From Octopus bimaculoides (lineage: Eukaryota), in assembly GCF_001194135.2 (NCBI RefSeq), contig NC_068988.1, positions 33,947,684 through 34,011,683 of the forward strand: 64,000 nucleotides of DNA, given 5' to 3'. Made by a program: the position numbers and the translations under genes. Below the pieces are notes generated by a model. That model saw nothing but the letters and a program-made list of their open reading frames with translations. It was not told the DNA's origin and searched no databases. Every line of letters begins with the position of its first letter. Position 1 is the first letter of the stretch. Below are positions 63,770 to 64,000 of this stretch, piece after piece.

Positions 63770-64000
63770 ATATATGTATATGTTAATATATACACACACG
63801 AATATATATTTATATATATATATATACTTACATATGTTATCTACGTAGAAGAATAGATATGTACATATGCATGCACATACAGTTATACGTGCGTGTATAC
63901 ACACTCACACACACAAAAGCACACACTGAAACAATACCGTTCATTATCAAGCTGACTTTCGGTCTTTAGCACTCTTCACTTCTACTTGACTTTTTCTCGT

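Overview
Eukaryotic, AT-rich, non-genic-looking DNA from a fragmented draft assembly with 19 N-gaps, most abutting (TA)n or (TG)n tracts. The microsatellite density and repeat families point to a coleoid cephalopod, most likely Octopus (inference, no search run). No intact protein-coding gene is supportable: almost all ORFs in the supplied track are translations of microsatellites or gaps. The window is a mosaic of (i) three SINE families; (ii) decayed LINEs (L2/Crack-like, Tx1/L1, two CR1-like, three R4/Dong pieces, one fairly young RTE 3' end); (iii) DNA-transposon relics (Tc1, mariner DD34D, piggyBac) and a probable Gypsy integrase relic; (iv) a non-coding ~555-bp element always joined to (AAT)n. 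Best leads: hammerhead-ribozyme-like motifs with a non-canonical CCGACGA core, arranged as inverted pairs in a repeat family (18651-19109, 37236-37337); a decayed LRR-transmembrane (Toll-like) receptor gene split by a SINE (13942-15613); an 84-nt pri-miRNA-shaped hairpin (63103-63186); twin perfect hairpins (54234-54299); a 290-bp foldback (27784-28070); and a 72-nt exon candidate with near-consensus splice sites (46725-46796). All translations and alignments were done by eye, so boundaries are approximate.
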